A stretch of DNA of 64,000 bases from Chrysomallon squamiferum (taxonomy: Eukaryota > Animalia > Mollusca), in NCBI GenBank assembly GCA_012295275.1, contig CM022668.1:10788001-10852000 (forward strand), given 5' to 3'. The notes below the pieces were generated by a model that was not told where the DNA came from, ran no database searches, and worked only from the letters and a program-made list of their open reading frames with translations. Of this stretch, positions 22,401-38,058 are shown piece after piece; positions within the stretch are counted from its first letter, which is position 1, and every line of letters starts with the position of its first letter. A program made the position numbers and the translations under genes.

Positions 22401-25400
22401 TTATCTACCAAACTTTTATGTGAGGCAAGAACGAGTAGTGTGCTGTATTTGTCACCAAAAGCATATCAGAAATTAATTATTATTATTATTATTACTACTA
22501 CTACTACTATTATTATTATTATTATTTGTATTATTGTTACTGTTATTACTTCTACTACTACTATTAATTACTAAAGCTAAACAAATGCAGTGATATATAA
22601 TACATTTCTGTATAACTTGTACTTCTCAATTACATACCTTTCAGTTTCAATATGTGACTTAGTAGTACATTTCCGTATTTATTTTTAAACTAAGTATAGA
22701 GGCCCCGTTTTCCGTGAGTACCGCACAGTATCTTCAGTTAATATTTCATTTATTTATTTATTTGTTTATTTATTTATTTGATTTATTACATTTATCTATC
22801 ACTGCTACTACTTTTATTACTACTGCTAATTATTATTATTATTATTATTATGTTCATTATTTTGTGTGTGACTCTATATATGCGTATGCCGGTATGTCTG
22901 AGAGTCTAATAACTACAATTCAAGTAATACATTTGTACAAAGAGAAACAAATGCACTGACATCTAATACATTTGTCTAAAAACTTATTTTTGTCAATTAT
23001 ACACGATTCAGTTTCCAAGCCTCTAAATTACTCCTGTATTTATGAAAAAAAAGGGAGCTCAGCCATTACAAAGATCATGTTAAATGTGTTGTATGTTATA
23101 CTACATGCGGTCCATATGCATGCATGCTTAAAGTAATATACAGATCTAAAATTACTATGATAAAATAACATATTTAATACATCATTATTTTAATTTTAAT
23201 TTAAAACCCGCAATATACATATGAATTCAAAGTATTAATAGCTGTTATGTCACGTTTCTTTTTCGCGTTGTTATTTAGAAACATTACACACGCCAGATAG
23301 TTAATATAGATGTTCACCGATTAAAGGGAAGCGGGTCATCAGAAACACGAGTTTTCGGTGAAATACGTTTTATTCAGGAACGGAGCTGTTTCATCAGCAC
23401 TTTGAAAATCGCGGGAAGGGGCCAGTCCTTCTATAAAGCAACAACGAGTAATGTGATGTATTTGTCGTGAAGCGGCAACCAGAAATTCATTTTGCGGCTA
23501 AGAGACCTAAGAGAATTCAATTATGAGACTGTATTAACCTGCGGAAAGGACACAATATGGATTCCTGAAAAATGTTATTAATTTGTAATAAATTAATTTA
23601 ACACGAAGAAAATACTTGTAGTTGAAAAAAAGGAAATTAGTGAAGGTTGGTTTCTTCTTTCTTAATTTTAAAACTGCTTTAGATAAATATTATTTGAAAA
23701 GATATTTTAAATATTTATTTATTTATTATTATTATTATATATTATTATTATTAGTGTTGTTGTTGTTGTTGTTGTTATTATTAATATTATTCTTACTAGT
23801 ACTACTATTACTACTACTACCACTAATTATTATTATTATTTTTTATTTGTATTACTTTGTGTGTGTCTCTGTGTATGTGTATTTTCTTATCTTTGACAAT
23901 CTAAAACAAAAATTTCAAGTAATACATTTGCTCAAAGCCAAACAAACACAGTGATATATGATACATTTGTCCAAAAAACCTGTCTTTTCAATTACACTTT
24001 TCAGTTTCAAAGTAACCAAATTACTTATGTATTTATGAAACAGAGAAAGTTCAGCCATTAGAAAAAGTCAAGGTAAATGTGTTGTGTTTTATACTGTATG
24101 TTCTTCTTGTAAAATAACATTTTCATTACATCATTATTTTAATTTTAATTTAAAACCCGCAGTGTACATGTGAATTCAAAGTATTAATAGCTGTTATGTC
24201 ACGTTTGTTTTTCGCGTTGTTATTTAGAGACATTACACACGTCAGATACTTAATATAGATGTTCACCGATTAAAGTGAAGCGGGTCATCAGAAACACGAG
24301 TTTTCGGGGAAATACGTTTACTGAGGAACGGAGCCGTTTCACCAGCACTTATATAAAGCAGCAACGAGTACTGTGCTGTATTTGTCGGAAAGAGGCTTTC
24401 ACAAAGCAATTCGTTAGTGAACAGCACGAGCTGAATTCAGTTTTAGAACTTTATAAACTTTAGGAAAAGACAAACTATGGATTCGGGTAATGTATTTTAA
24501 ATTTAATTAAGTTGTAATAAATAAATTAGTTAATCAGATGAACAACTTTAAGTATTTTCTTCATGCAAAATTATTAATTATTAATTAATTAATTGAAGAA
24601 AAAAAAAATCTAATTACCAAGAAGAAAATGCTTGAAGTTAACAAAGAGAATATTTGTGCAGTTTAACAATCTTTTTCTTAATTTTGAAACTTTTTTTTTT
24701 TTTTTTTAAAGTTCATAATGAAGTATTTTACAACAATATATCCAAACTTTTTCCATTTTTTTCTTTTTGTGTAAACCGTCATAACTATGTGCACGGCAAC
24801 CGATCCTATGAAATTAATTTACCGGAATCCCATTTGATGCGATAGTCGTTGAGGATGAATTAATCTCCATAATAAAGAAATTATCCATCAGTTTATGCTA
24901 AATTTTGATGCACAGTGAGGGCCGAGCTGGTTGGGATGAAAGGGTTGGGGTCACCCACCAATTTTAATTCATCACTTCGACAAAACTGTTAAAAATGAAT
25001 TGCGAGAAACTTTTCCAAATGTAAATTTGTTTACGTATTTACTTGTCACTTGTCGATACAAACTCTTTTGTAGTTAGGTTTGTTCTGCTCTTAAACGTGT
25101 TAACAATTACCTGTTAACCAGTCTCAAAGATGGGAAGCTCAGTAGTTTAACATTAGTGAATATAGAATCACTCGTACTGTGGAAATTAAATTTTAATAAT
25201 ATTTTGAATCAGCCTATTGAATCATTAAGGAGAAAAAACTTTATGGAATTAGAAACCTATTTAGGAATATATATGTTTGATTTTAAAATACATTACTCGT
25301 ATTTTTAGTATTGCCTTGCTTCGTATTAATTAAACATTGTCTGAAAAGATGATAATATATTCTTTGTTATTCCATTAATTACTTCATTTGTAATATTTGT

Positions 25401-25969
25401 GCAATACATTGTATGAAAAGATAGATTCCAATTCGCTAGAAGGGGCGCTGGGAAATGTCGAGGGCCCCCAAAAAGCTCGAAGTGTAAAGGCCTAATGCTG
25501 GGTTTAAAAAATATATAAAAATCTTTTTTCTGAAGCACATCAATAACTTAATTCGTAGTATTTTCCGTAATTAGTTTTAAACTAAGTGTAAAGGCCCCAC
25601 ATTCGGTTAATACTGCACTTTATCTACCAAACTTTTATGTGAGGCAAGAACGAGGAGTGTGCTGTATTTGTCACCAAAAGCATATCAGAAATTAATTATT
25701 ATTATTATTATTACTACTACTACTACTATTATTATTATTATTATTTGTATTATTGTTACTGTTATTACTTCTACTACTACTATTAATTACTAAAGCTAAA
25801 CAAATGCAGTGATATATAATACATTTCTGTATAACTTGTATTCTCAATTACATATTCCTTTCAGTTTCAATATGTGACTTAGTAGTACATTTCCGTATTT
25901 ATTTTTAAACTAAGTATAGAGGCCCCGTTTTCCGTGAGTACCGCACAGTATCTTCAGTTAATATTTCAT

Positions 25970-26000
<31 letters not shown>

Positions 26001-29000
26001 TGTGTTAATTTATTGATTTGTTTATTTATTTATTGATTTATTACATTTATCTATCACTGCTACTACTTTTATTACTACTGCTAATTATTATTATTATTAT
26101 TATTATGTTCATTATTTTGTGTGTGACTCTATATATGCGTATGCCGGTATGTCTGAGAGTCTAATAACTACAATTCAAGTAATACATTTGTACAAAGAGA
26201 AACAAATGCACTGATATCTAATACATTTGTCTAAAAACTTATTTTTGTCAATTATACACGATTCAGTTTCCAAGCCTCTCTAAATTATTCCTGTATTTAT
26301 GAAAAAAAGGGAGCTCAGCCATTACAAAAAGATCATGTTAAATGTGTTGTATGTTATACTACATGCGGTCCATATGCATGCATGCTTAAAGTAATATACA
26401 GATCTAAAATTACTATGATAAAATAACATATTTAATACATCATTATTTTAATTTTAATTTAAAACCCGCAATGTATATATGAATTCAAAGTATTAATAGC
26501 TGTTATGTCACACTTGTTTTTCGCGTTGTTATTTAGAGACATTACACACGTCAGATAGTTAATATAGATGTTCACCGATTAAAGGGAAACGGGTCATCAG
26601 AAACACGAGTTTTCGGTGAAATACGTTTTATTCAGGAACGGAGCTGTTTCATCAGCACTTTTTTATAGCACCAACGAGTACTGAGCTGTATTTGTCAACA
26701 ACGGTTTTCACAAAGTAATTTTTAGTGAACTGCCAGAAATTCATTTCAGTTTAGAGAACTTTTTCTGCTATTAAACTATTATTAATTACTAAAGGTAAAC
26801 AAATGCAGTGTTGTATAATACATTTCTAAACAACTTAATTTTTCACAGTTACATACGTTTCAGTTTCAATAACTGATTTAGCAGTACTTTTCCGTATTTA
26901 TTTTTAAACTAAGAATAAAGGCCCCATCTTCGGTTAATACCACAAGGTATCTTGAAATAATGTTTCATTTGTTTATTTATTTATTTATTTACTTATTTAT
27001 TTATTTTTTTTTTTTTATTTTTTATTTGTTTTTATACTTTTTTTTATCTATTACTTTACTACTACTATTACTACTACTACTACCCATATTTATACTACTA
27101 TTTTATTATTATTATTATTATTATGTTCATCATCATGTGTCATCATCATGCTTATCTTTGATCATTATTATTATTATTATTATTATTATCATGATGCTCA
27201 TTATTTTGTGTGCGTCTCTATATATGTGTATGCTGGTATGTTTGACAGTCTCTAAATTCCAGGTCTCTAAATTACTCAGAAAAAAAGAGGGAGATCAACT
27301 ATTACAATTATTCCATGTTAAATGAGTTGTATCTTATACTACATGTGGTTCATATGCATGTATGGTTAAAGTAAAATAAGATCTAAAAAGCTATGATAAA
27401 ATAACATATTTCATACATCGTTATTTTAATTTTAATTTAAAACCCGCAAAGTACGTGTGAATTCAAAGTATTAATAGCTGTTATGTCACGTTTGTTTTTC
27501 GCGTTGTTATTTACAGACATTACACACGTCAGATACTTAATATAGATGTTCACCGATTAAAGGGAAGCGGGTCATCAGAAACACGAGTTTTCGGGGAAAT
27601 ACGTTTACTGAGGAACGGAGCTGTTTCATCAGCACTTATATAAAGCAACAACGAGTACTGTGCTGTATTTGTCGGAAAAAGGCTTTCACAAAGCAATTCA
27701 TTAATGTAGAGCCCGAGCTGAATTCAGTTTTAGAACTTTATAAACTTTAGGAAAAGACAAACTATGGATTCGGTTAATGTATTTAAAATTTAATTAAATT
27801 GTTTCAATAAATAAATTCGTTAGTTAATCCCGATGATCAACTTTAAGTAACTTTCTTCATGCAAAATTATTAATTATTAATTAATTAATTTAAGAAAAAA
27901 AAAAAACTAATTACCAAGAAGAAAATGCTTGAAGTTAACAAAGAGGATATTTGTGCAGTTTATATTCTTTTTTCTTAATTTTGAAACTAATTTTTTTCAG
28001 AAAGTTCATAATGAAGTATTTTACAACATATATATGCAGACGTTTCCGTTTTTCTTTTTAGTGTTAAATGTCATAACTATGTGCACGACAACCGATCCAG
28101 TGAAATTAATTTACAGGAATCCTCTTTGATGCGAGAAGCGCTGAGGATTAGTTAATCTCCATAATAAAGATATTTTTCATCAGTTTATGCTAAATTTTGA
28201 TGCACAGAGAGGGCCAGGCGGGTTGGGACGAAAGGGTTGGGGTCACCCACCAATTTTAATTTATCACTCGGACAAAACTGTTAAAAATGAACTGCGAGAA
28301 ACTTTTCCAAATGTAAATTTGTTTACCTATTTACGTGTCACTTCTCGATACAAACTTTTCTGTAGTGAGATTTGTTCTGCTATTAAACGTATTAACAATT
28401 ACCTGTGATCCAGTCTCAAAGATGAGAAGCTCAGTCATTTAACATTAATGAATGTAGAATCTTTCGTACTGTGGAAATTAAATTTTAATAATATTTTGAA
28501 TGACCCTATTGAAACATTAAGGAGTAAACACTTTATCTAATTAGATACATATTTAGGAATATATATGTTTGATTTTACAGTACTTTACTTGTAATTTTAA
28601 TATTGCTTTGCTTCATATTAATTAAAGGTTCTCTGTAAAGATAATATTATATTCTTTGTTATTCCATTAAGCAGTTCATTTGTAATATTTTTACAATACA
28701 TTGCATGAAAATGTAGATTTCAGTTCACTAGAAGGGGCGTCGGGAAATGTCGAGCACTCCCGAAAGCCTCGAAGTGTAAAGTGCTAAACTACGTCAATAA
28801 CTGAATTAGTAGGACTTTTCCGTTAATTTAAAATAAACTAGGCCCCATTTAGATTAATCCAGCATTCTATTTGAAAAGATATTTGTATTTGCAAAACGCA
28901 TATTTAATTTGCTGCTAACAGTCCTATCTCAATTGTTTTTGCGATTGTTTAAGTGTAGAAAAGACAAAATATGGTTTGTTGTTATTAATTTGTAATAAAT

Positions 29001-29163
29001 AAATTAAATAATTAATGGAAATGTATCTAACATGAAGAAAATACTTGTAGCTGATAAAAAGGGCATTATGACTTGGTTTCTTCTCTCTTAATTTCAAAAC
29101 TGTTTAGCATGAATATTATTTGAATTACTTTTCTATTTCCTTTTTTTTTCCTTATTTATTTCC

Positions 29164-29194
<31 letters not shown>

Positions 29195-30367
29195 TTATTA
29201 TAATAATAAAAATAATAACAATCACAATAATAATAATAATTATTATTTATTATTTTATTATTATTATTATTATTATTTTTTATTATTATTATTATTATTA
29301 TTTTATTATTATTATTTTGTGTGTGAATCTGTGTATGTGTATGTTGGTTTATTTAACAGTCCAACAGAAAAATGTCAAGTAATACATTTGTTCAAAGACA
29401 AATCAAATGCAGTGATATATTATACATTTGTCGTATAAACTTGTTTTTGTCAATTACACAAGTTTCAGTTTCTAAGTAACCTAATTATTCATGTATTTAT
29501 GAAATAGATGGAATTCAGCCGTTACAAAAAGTCCATGTTAAATGTGTTGTATTTTATACTCTATGTGGTTCATATGCATACATGACTGAAGTAATATACA
29601 TATTAACATTACATCATTATTTTAAATTTAATTTAAAACCCGCAATGTACATATGCATTCAACGCATTAATATCAGTTATGTCTGACTTGGTATTATAAA
29701 ATAACACATTTATTAGATCTTTATTTTAATTTTAATTTAAAACCCGCTATATTCATTTGAATTCAACTGATTAATATCTGTTATGTCTCAGTTTATTTAC
29801 TCGTTGTTAACTTTAGACATTACACAAGTCAGATAGTTAACATAGATGTTCAGCGATGAAGGAAACTGAGTCATCAGAAATCCACGTTTTCGGGGAAATA
29901 CGTTTTACTCGAGCTCTCTCATCAGTCCTATTTATAGCACCAACGAGTACTGAGCTGTATTTGTCGTAAAGCGGCTTTCACAAAGAAATTCTTTAGTGAA
30001 CTGCCCGAGTTCAATTCAGTTTTTTTAGAGAGCTTTTTTCTGCTATTAAACATATTATTAATTACTAAAGGTAAACAAATGCAGTGATGTATAATACATT
30101 TCTCAACAACTAATTTTTCGCAGTTACACACGTTTCAGTTTCAATAACTGATTTAGTAGTACTTTTCCGTATTTATTTTTAAACTAAGAATAAAGGCCCC
30201 ATCTTCGGTTAATACCACAAGGTATCTTGAAATAATGTTTCATTTGTTTATTTATTTATTTATTTATTTATTTATTTTTTTTTTTTTTTTCACTGCTACT
30301 AGTTCTCCTACTACTACTACTAATACTACAACTGCTACTACTACTAATTATTATTATTGTTATTATT

Positions 30368-30441
<74 letters not shown>

Positions 30442-31510
30442 CTTGATGCTCATTATTTTGTGTAAGTCTGTATATATGTGTATGCTGGTATGTTTGACAG
30501 TCTCTAAATTTCAGGTCTCTAAATTACTCAGAAAAAAAGAGGGAGATCAACTATTACAATTATTCCATGTTAAATGAGTTGTTTTTTATACTACATGTGG
30601 TTCATATGCATGTATGGTTAAAGTAAAATAAGATCTAAAAATTCTATGATAAAATAACATATTTAATACATCGTTACTTTAATTTTAATTTAAAACCCGG
30701 AAGGTACGTGTGAATTCAAAGTATTAATAGCTGTTATGTCACACTTGTTTTTCGCGTTGCTATTTAGAGATAGTACACACGTCAGATACTTAATATAGAT
30801 GTTCACCGATTAAAGGGAAGCGGGTCATCAGAAACACGAGTTTTCGGGGAAATACGTTTACTGAGGAATGGAGCTGTTTCATCAGCACTTATATAAAGCA
30901 GCAACGAGTACTGTGCTGTATTTGTCGGAAAGAGGCTTTCACAAAGCAATTCGTTAGTGAACAGCCCGAGCTGAATTCAGTTCTAGAACTTTATAAACTT
31001 TAGGAAAAGACAAACTATGGATTCGGGTAATGTATTTTAAATTTAATTAAGTTGTAATAAATAAATTAGTTAATTAGATGATCAACTTTAAGTATTTTCT
31101 TCATGCTAAATTATTAATTATTAATTAATTAATTCATAAAAAACTAATTACCAAGAAGAAAATGATTGAAGTTAACAAAGAGGATATTTGTGCAGTTTAC
31201 TTATTTTTTTGTAATTTTGAAACTTATTTTTTTTTCGGAAAGTTCATAATGAAGTATTTTACAACAATATATTCAAACTTTTTCATTTTTCTCTCAGTGT
31301 TAAATGTCATAACTGTATGCACGTCAACCGATCCAGTGAAATTAATTTACCGGAATCCCATTTGATGCGATAGTCGTTGAGGATGAGTTAATCTCCATAA
31401 TAAAGAAATTATTCATCACTTTATCCTAAATTTTGATGCACAGTGAGGGTCGAGCGGGTTGGGATGAAAGGGTTGGGGTCACCCACCAATTTTTTTTTAT
31501 CACTCGGACA

Positions 31511-31773
31511 AAACTGTTATAAATGAATTGTGAGAAACTTTTCCAAACGTTCATTTGTTTACCTATTTACCTGTCACTTCTCGATACAAACTGTTATGTA
31601 GTGAGGTTTCTTCTGCTATTAAACGTATTAACAATTACCTGTTATCCAGTGTCAAAGATGAGAAGCTCAGTCATTTAACATTAATGAATGTAGAATCTTT
31701 CGTACTGCTGAAATTAAATTTTAATATTTTGAATCAGCCTATTGAATCATTAAGGAGAAAACACTTTATGTAA
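31511..31773 (+). mobile_element. Decayed hAT transposase C-terminal dimerisation region (representative copy; one per array unit)
   Basis: NELCETFPNVHLFTYLPVTS...CSEVSSAIKRINNYLLSSVKDEKLSHLTLMNVESFVLLKLNF matches the hATC pattern FPN..LPVT...ERSFS.LKRIKNYLRS....RL..L.L..IE; other copies start near 15340, 18558, 21761, 24982, 28274, 33973, 37341, 40284, 43263, 45489 (truncated), most with stops. Confidence 0.8.
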
Positions 31774-32224
31774 TTACATACCTATTTAAGAATATATATG
31801 TTTGATTTTAAAATACATTACTCGTATTTTTAGTACTGCCTTGCTTCATATTAATTAAACATTGTCTGAAAATATGATAATATATTCTTTGTTATTCCAT
31901 TAATTACTTCATTTGTAATATTTTTGCAATACATTGTATGAAAAGATAGATTCCAATTCGCTAGAAGGGGCGCTGGGAAATGTCGACGGCCCCAAAAAAG
32001 CTCGAAGTGTAAAGGCCTAATGCTAGGTTCAAAAAAATAAAAATAATAATTTGCTCTAAAGTACGTCAGTAACTTAATTCGTAGTATTTTCCGTAATTAG
32101 TTTTAAACTAAGTGTAAAGGCCCCACTTTCCGTTAGTACCGCACTGTATCTAGCAAACTTTTATCTGAAGCAACAACGAGTACTGTGCTGTATTTGTCAC
32201 CAAAAGCATATCAGAAATTAATTA

Positions 32225-32361
<137 letters not shown>

Positions 32362-33330
32362 TATTTGTATTATTGTTACTGTTATTACTTCTACTACTAC
32401 TATTAATTACTAAAGCTAAACAAATGCAGTGATATATAATACATTTCTGTATAATTTATATTTCTCAATTACATACCTTTCAGTTTCACTATGTGACTTA
32501 GTAGTACTTTTCCGTATTTATTTTTAAACTAAGTATAGAGGCCCCGTTTTCCGTCAGTACCGCACAGTATCTTCAGTTAATAGTTCATTTATTTATTTAT
32601 TTGTTTATTTGTTTGTTTATTTATTTATTTATGTGTTAATTTATTGATTTGTTTATATATGTATTGATTTATTGATTTATTACATTTATCTATCACTGCT
32701 ACTACTTTTATTACTACTGCTAATTATTATTATTATTATTATTATGTTCATTATTTTGTGTCTGACTCTATATATGTGTATGCTGGTATGTCTGAGAGTC
32801 TAATAACTACAATTCAAGTAATACATTTGTACAAAGAGAAACAAATGCACTGATATCTAATACATTTGTCTAAAAACTTATTTTTGTCAGTTATACACGA
32901 TTCAGTTTCCAAGTCTCTAAATTACTCATGTATTTATGAAAAAAAAAAAGGAGTTTAGCCATTACAAAAATACCATGTTAAATGTGTTGTATTTTATACT
33001 ATGTGTAGTTCATATGTATGCATGGTTAAAGTAATATACAGATCTAAAATTGCTATGATCAAATAACATATTTAATACATCATTATTTTAATTTTAATTT
33101 AAAACCCGCAATGTATATATGAATACAAAGCATTAATAGCTGTTATGTCCCACTTGTTTTTCGCATAGTTATTTACAGACATTACACACGTCACATAGTT
33201 AATATAGATGTTCACCGATTAAAGGGAAGCGGGTCATAAGAAACACGAGTTTTCAGGGAAATACGTTTTGCTCAGGAAAGGAGCTGTTTCATCAGCACTT
33301 ATATAAAGCATCAGCGAATACCGTGCTGTA

Positions 33331-33440
33331 CGCGACCGACACACACGCTGACCTGTCGTAAAGCGTGCCAGTCGTAGACGTGCTTCACAACAGCTAGCTC
33401 TGATTAGCACGTTCATTTTTTTCATTCATTCACTGTTCGG
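33331..33440. mobile_element. 110-bp insertion unique to one array unit, TA duplication
   Basis: Other units read gtgctgTAtttgtcg; here gtgctgTA[cgcgacc...ctgttcgg]TAtttgtcg. Confidence 0.75.
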
Positions 33441-35033
33441 TATTTGTCGTCAAGCAGCTTTCACAAAGCAATTCGTTAGTGAACAGCCCGAGCTGAATTC
33501 AGTTTTAGAACTTTATAAACTTTAGGAAAAGACAAACTATGGATTCGGGAAATGTATTTTAAATTTAATTAAATTGTAGTAAATAAATTAGTTAATCATC
33601 AAACTTAATTACTAAGAAGAAAATGCTTGAAGCTAACAAAGAGGGTATTTGTGGAGTTAACATTATTTTTTCTTAATTTTGAAACTTATCCTTTTCGGAA
33701 AGTTCATAATGAAGTATTTTACAACACATATATCCAAACTTTTTCAATTTTTTTCTCTTTGTGTTAAATGTCATAACTATGTGCACGTCAACCGATCCAG
33801 TGAAATTAATTTACAGGAATCCTCTTTGATGCGAGAGGCGCTGAGGATGAGTTAATCTCCATAATAAAGAAATGATCGGTCAGTTTATGCTAAATTTTGA
33901 TGCACAGAGAGGGCCAGGCGGGTTGGGACGAAAGGGTTGGGGTCACCCACCAATTTTAATTTATCACTCGGACAAAACTGTTAAAAATGAATTGCGAGAA
34001 ACTTTTCCAAATGTAAATTTGTTTACGTATTTACTTGTCACTTGTCAATACAAACATTTCCGTAGTGAGATTTGTTCTGCTATTAAACGTTTTAACAATT
34101 ACCTGTGATCCAGTCTCAAAGATGAGAAGCTCAGTCATTTAACATTAATGAATGTAGAATCATTTGTACTGCGGAAATTTAATTTTAATAATATTTTGAA
34201 TGACCCTATTGAAACATTAAGGAGAAAACACTTTATCTAATTAGATACATATTTAGGAATATATATGTTTGATTTTACAGTACTTTACTTGTAATTTTAA
34301 TATTGCTTTGCTTCATATTAATTAAAGGTTCTCTGTAAAGATAATATTATATTCTTTGTTATTCCATTAAACAGTTCATTTGTAATATTTTTACAATATG
34401 TTGCATGAAAACGTAGATTTCAATTCACGAGAAGAGGCGTCGGGAAATGTCGAGGACTCCCGAAAGCCTCGAAGTGTAAAGGCCTCATCTTGGGTTAAAA
34501 AAGTATAAAAAGTAACTCTTTCTAAACTACGTCAATAACTGAATTAGTAGGACTTTTCCGTTGTTATTTCTAAAATAAATTTCTAGGCCCCACCTTTGGT
34601 TAATCCAGCATTCTATCTTGCAAACTTTTACATCAAGCAAAAGCAAGTATTGTGCTGTATTTGCTACCAAACGCATATCAGAAATTAATTCTGCTGCTAA
34701 CAGTCCTATCTCAATTGAATGTTGCGATTGTGTTAAGGTGTAGAAAAGACAAAATATGGTTTGGGGTAAAATGTTATTAATTTGTAATAAATAAAATAAA
34801 TAATTAATAGAAATGTATCTAACATGAAGAAAATACTTGTAGCTGATAAAAAGGGCATTAGCTTGGTTTCTTCTCTCTTAATTTCAAAACTGTTTAGCAT
34901 GAATATTATTTGAATTACTTTTCTATTTCCTTATTTATTTCCTTATTTTTCCTTTATTTATTTATTTATTTATTTATTATTACATAATAATCACAATAAT
35001 AATAATAATTGTTATTATTATTATTATTATTTA

Positions 35034-35101
<68 letters not shown>

Positions 35102-36161
35102 TTGGTATTATTTTGTGTGTGATTTGGTGTGAATTTGTGTATGTGTATGTTGGTTTATTTAACAGTCCAACAGAAAAATGTCAAGTAATACATTTGTTCA
35201 AAGACAAAGCAAATGCAGTGATATATTATACATTTGTCGTATAAACTAGTTTTTGTCAATTACACAAGTTTCAGTTTCTAAGTAACCTAATTATTCATGT
35301 ATTTATGAAATAGATGGAATTCAGCCATTACAAAAAGTCCATGTTAAATGTGTTGTATTTTATACTCTATGTGGTTCATATGCATACGTGACTGAAGTAA
35401 TATACAGATCTAACATTAAATGATTATTTTAAATTTAATTTAAAACCCGCAATGTACATAAGCATTCAACGTATTAATATCAGTTATGTCTGACTTGGTA
35501 TTATAAAATAACACATTTATTACATCATTATTTTAATTTTAATTTAAAACCCGCTATATTCATTTGAATTCAACTGATTAATATCCGTTGTGTCACAGTT
35601 TATTTACTCGTTGCAAACTTTAGACATTACACAAGTCAGATAGTTAACATAGATGTTCAGCGATGAAGGAAACTGAGTCATCAGAAATCCGAGTTTTCGG
35701 GGAAATACGTTTTACTCGAGCTCTCTCATCAGTCCTATTTATAGCACCAACGAGTACTGAGCTGTATTTGTCGTAAAGCCGCTTTCACAAAGAAATTCTT
35801 TAGTGAACTGCCGGAGGTCAATTCAGTTTTTTTAGAGAGCTTTTTTCTGCTATTAAACATATTATAAATTACTAAAGGTAAACAAATGCAGTGATGTATA
35901 ATACATTTCTCAACAACTAATTTTTCGCAGTTACACACGTTTCAGTTTCAATAACTGATTTAGCAGTACTTTTCCGTATTTATTTTTAAACTAAGAATAA
36001 AGGCCCCATCTTCGGTTAATACCACAAGGTATCTTGAAATAATGTTTCATTTGTTTATTTATTTATTTATTTACTTATTTATTTATTTATTTTTTTTTTT
36101 TTTATCACTGCTACTAGTTCTCCTACTACTACTACTAATACTACAACTGCTACTACTACTA

Positions 36162-36269
<108 letters not shown>

Positions 36270-38023
36270 CTTGATGCTCATTATTTTGTGTGAGTCTGTA
36301 TATATGTGTATGCTGGTATGTTTGACAGTCTCTAAATTCCAGGTCTCTAAATTACTCAGAAAAAAAGAGGGAGATCAACTATTACAATTATTCCATGTTA
36401 AATGAGTTGTTTTTTATACTACATGTGGTTCATATGCATGTATGGTTAAAGTAAAATAAGATCTAAAAATTCTATGATAAAATAACATATTTAATACATC
36501 GTTACTTTAATTTTAACTTAAAACCCGGAAGGTACGTCTGAATTCAAAGTATTAATAGCTGTTATGTCACACTTGTTTTTCGCGTTGCTATTTAGAGATA
36601 GTACACACGTCAGATAGTTAATATAGATGTTCACCGATTAAAGGGAAGCGGGTCATCAGAAATACGAGTTTTCGGGGAAATACGTTTACTGAGGAACGGA
36701 GCTGTTTCACCAGCACTTATATAAAGCAGCAACGAGTACTGTGCTATATTTGTCGGAAAGAGGCTTTCACAAAGCAATTCGTTAGTGAATAGCCCGAGCT
36801 GAATTCAGTTCTAGAACTTTATAAACTTTAGGAAAAGACAAACTATGGATTCGGGTAATGTATTTTAAATTTAATTAAGTTGTAATAAATAAATTAGTTA
36901 ATTAGATGATCAACTTTAAGTATTTTCTTCATGCAAAATTATTAATTATTAATTAATTAATAAAAAAAACAATCTGATTTGCAAGAAGAAAATGCTTGAA
37001 GTTAACAAAGAGGATATTTGTGCAGTTTATATTCTTTTTTCTTAATTTTGAAACTTATTTTTTTCAGAAAGTTCATAATGAAGTATTTTACAACATATAT
37101 ATCCAAACGTTTCCGTTTTTCTTTTTAGTGTTATATGTCATAACTATGTGCACGGCAACCGATCCAATGAAATTAATTTTCAGGAATCCTCTTTGATGCG
37201 AGAAGTGCTGAGGATTAGTTAATCTCCATAATAAAGATATTTTTCATCAGTTTATGCTAAATTTTGATGCACAGAGAGGGCCAGGCGGGTTGGGACGAAA
37301 GGGTTGGGGTCACCCACCAATTTTAATTTATCACTCGGACAAAACTGTTATAAATAAATTGCGAGAAACTTTTCCAAACGTTCATTTGTTTACCTATTTA
37401 CGTGTCACTTCTCGATACAAACTTTTATGTAGTTAGGTTTTTTCTGCTATTAAACGTGTCACCAATTACCTGTGATCCAGTCTCAAAGATGAGAAGCTCA
37501 GTCATTTAACATTAATGAATGTAGAATCTTTCGTACTGTGGAAATTTAATTTTAATAATATTTTGAATGACCCTATTGAAACATTAAGGAGTAAACACTT
37601 TATCTAATTAGATACATATTTAGGAATATATAAGTTTGATTTTACAGTACTTTACTTGTAATTTTAATATTGCTTTGCTTCATATTAATTAAAGGTTCTC
37701 TGTAAAGATAATATTATATTCTTTGTTATTCCATTAAGCAATTCATTTGTAATATTTTTACACTACATTGCATGAAAACACTTGTAGTTGAAAAAAAGGA
37801 AAATAGTGCAGGTTGGTTTCTTCTTTCTTAATTTTAAAACTGATTTAGATGAATATTATTTGAAAAGATATTTCAAATATTTATTTATGTATTATTATCA
37901 TTGTTATTATTATTGGTGTGGTTGTTGTTGTTGTTGTTGTTATTATTATTATTATTAATATTAATATTATTCTTACTAGTACTACAATTACTGCTACTAC
38001 CACTAATTATTATTATTATTATA

Positions 38024-38058
<35 letters not shown>

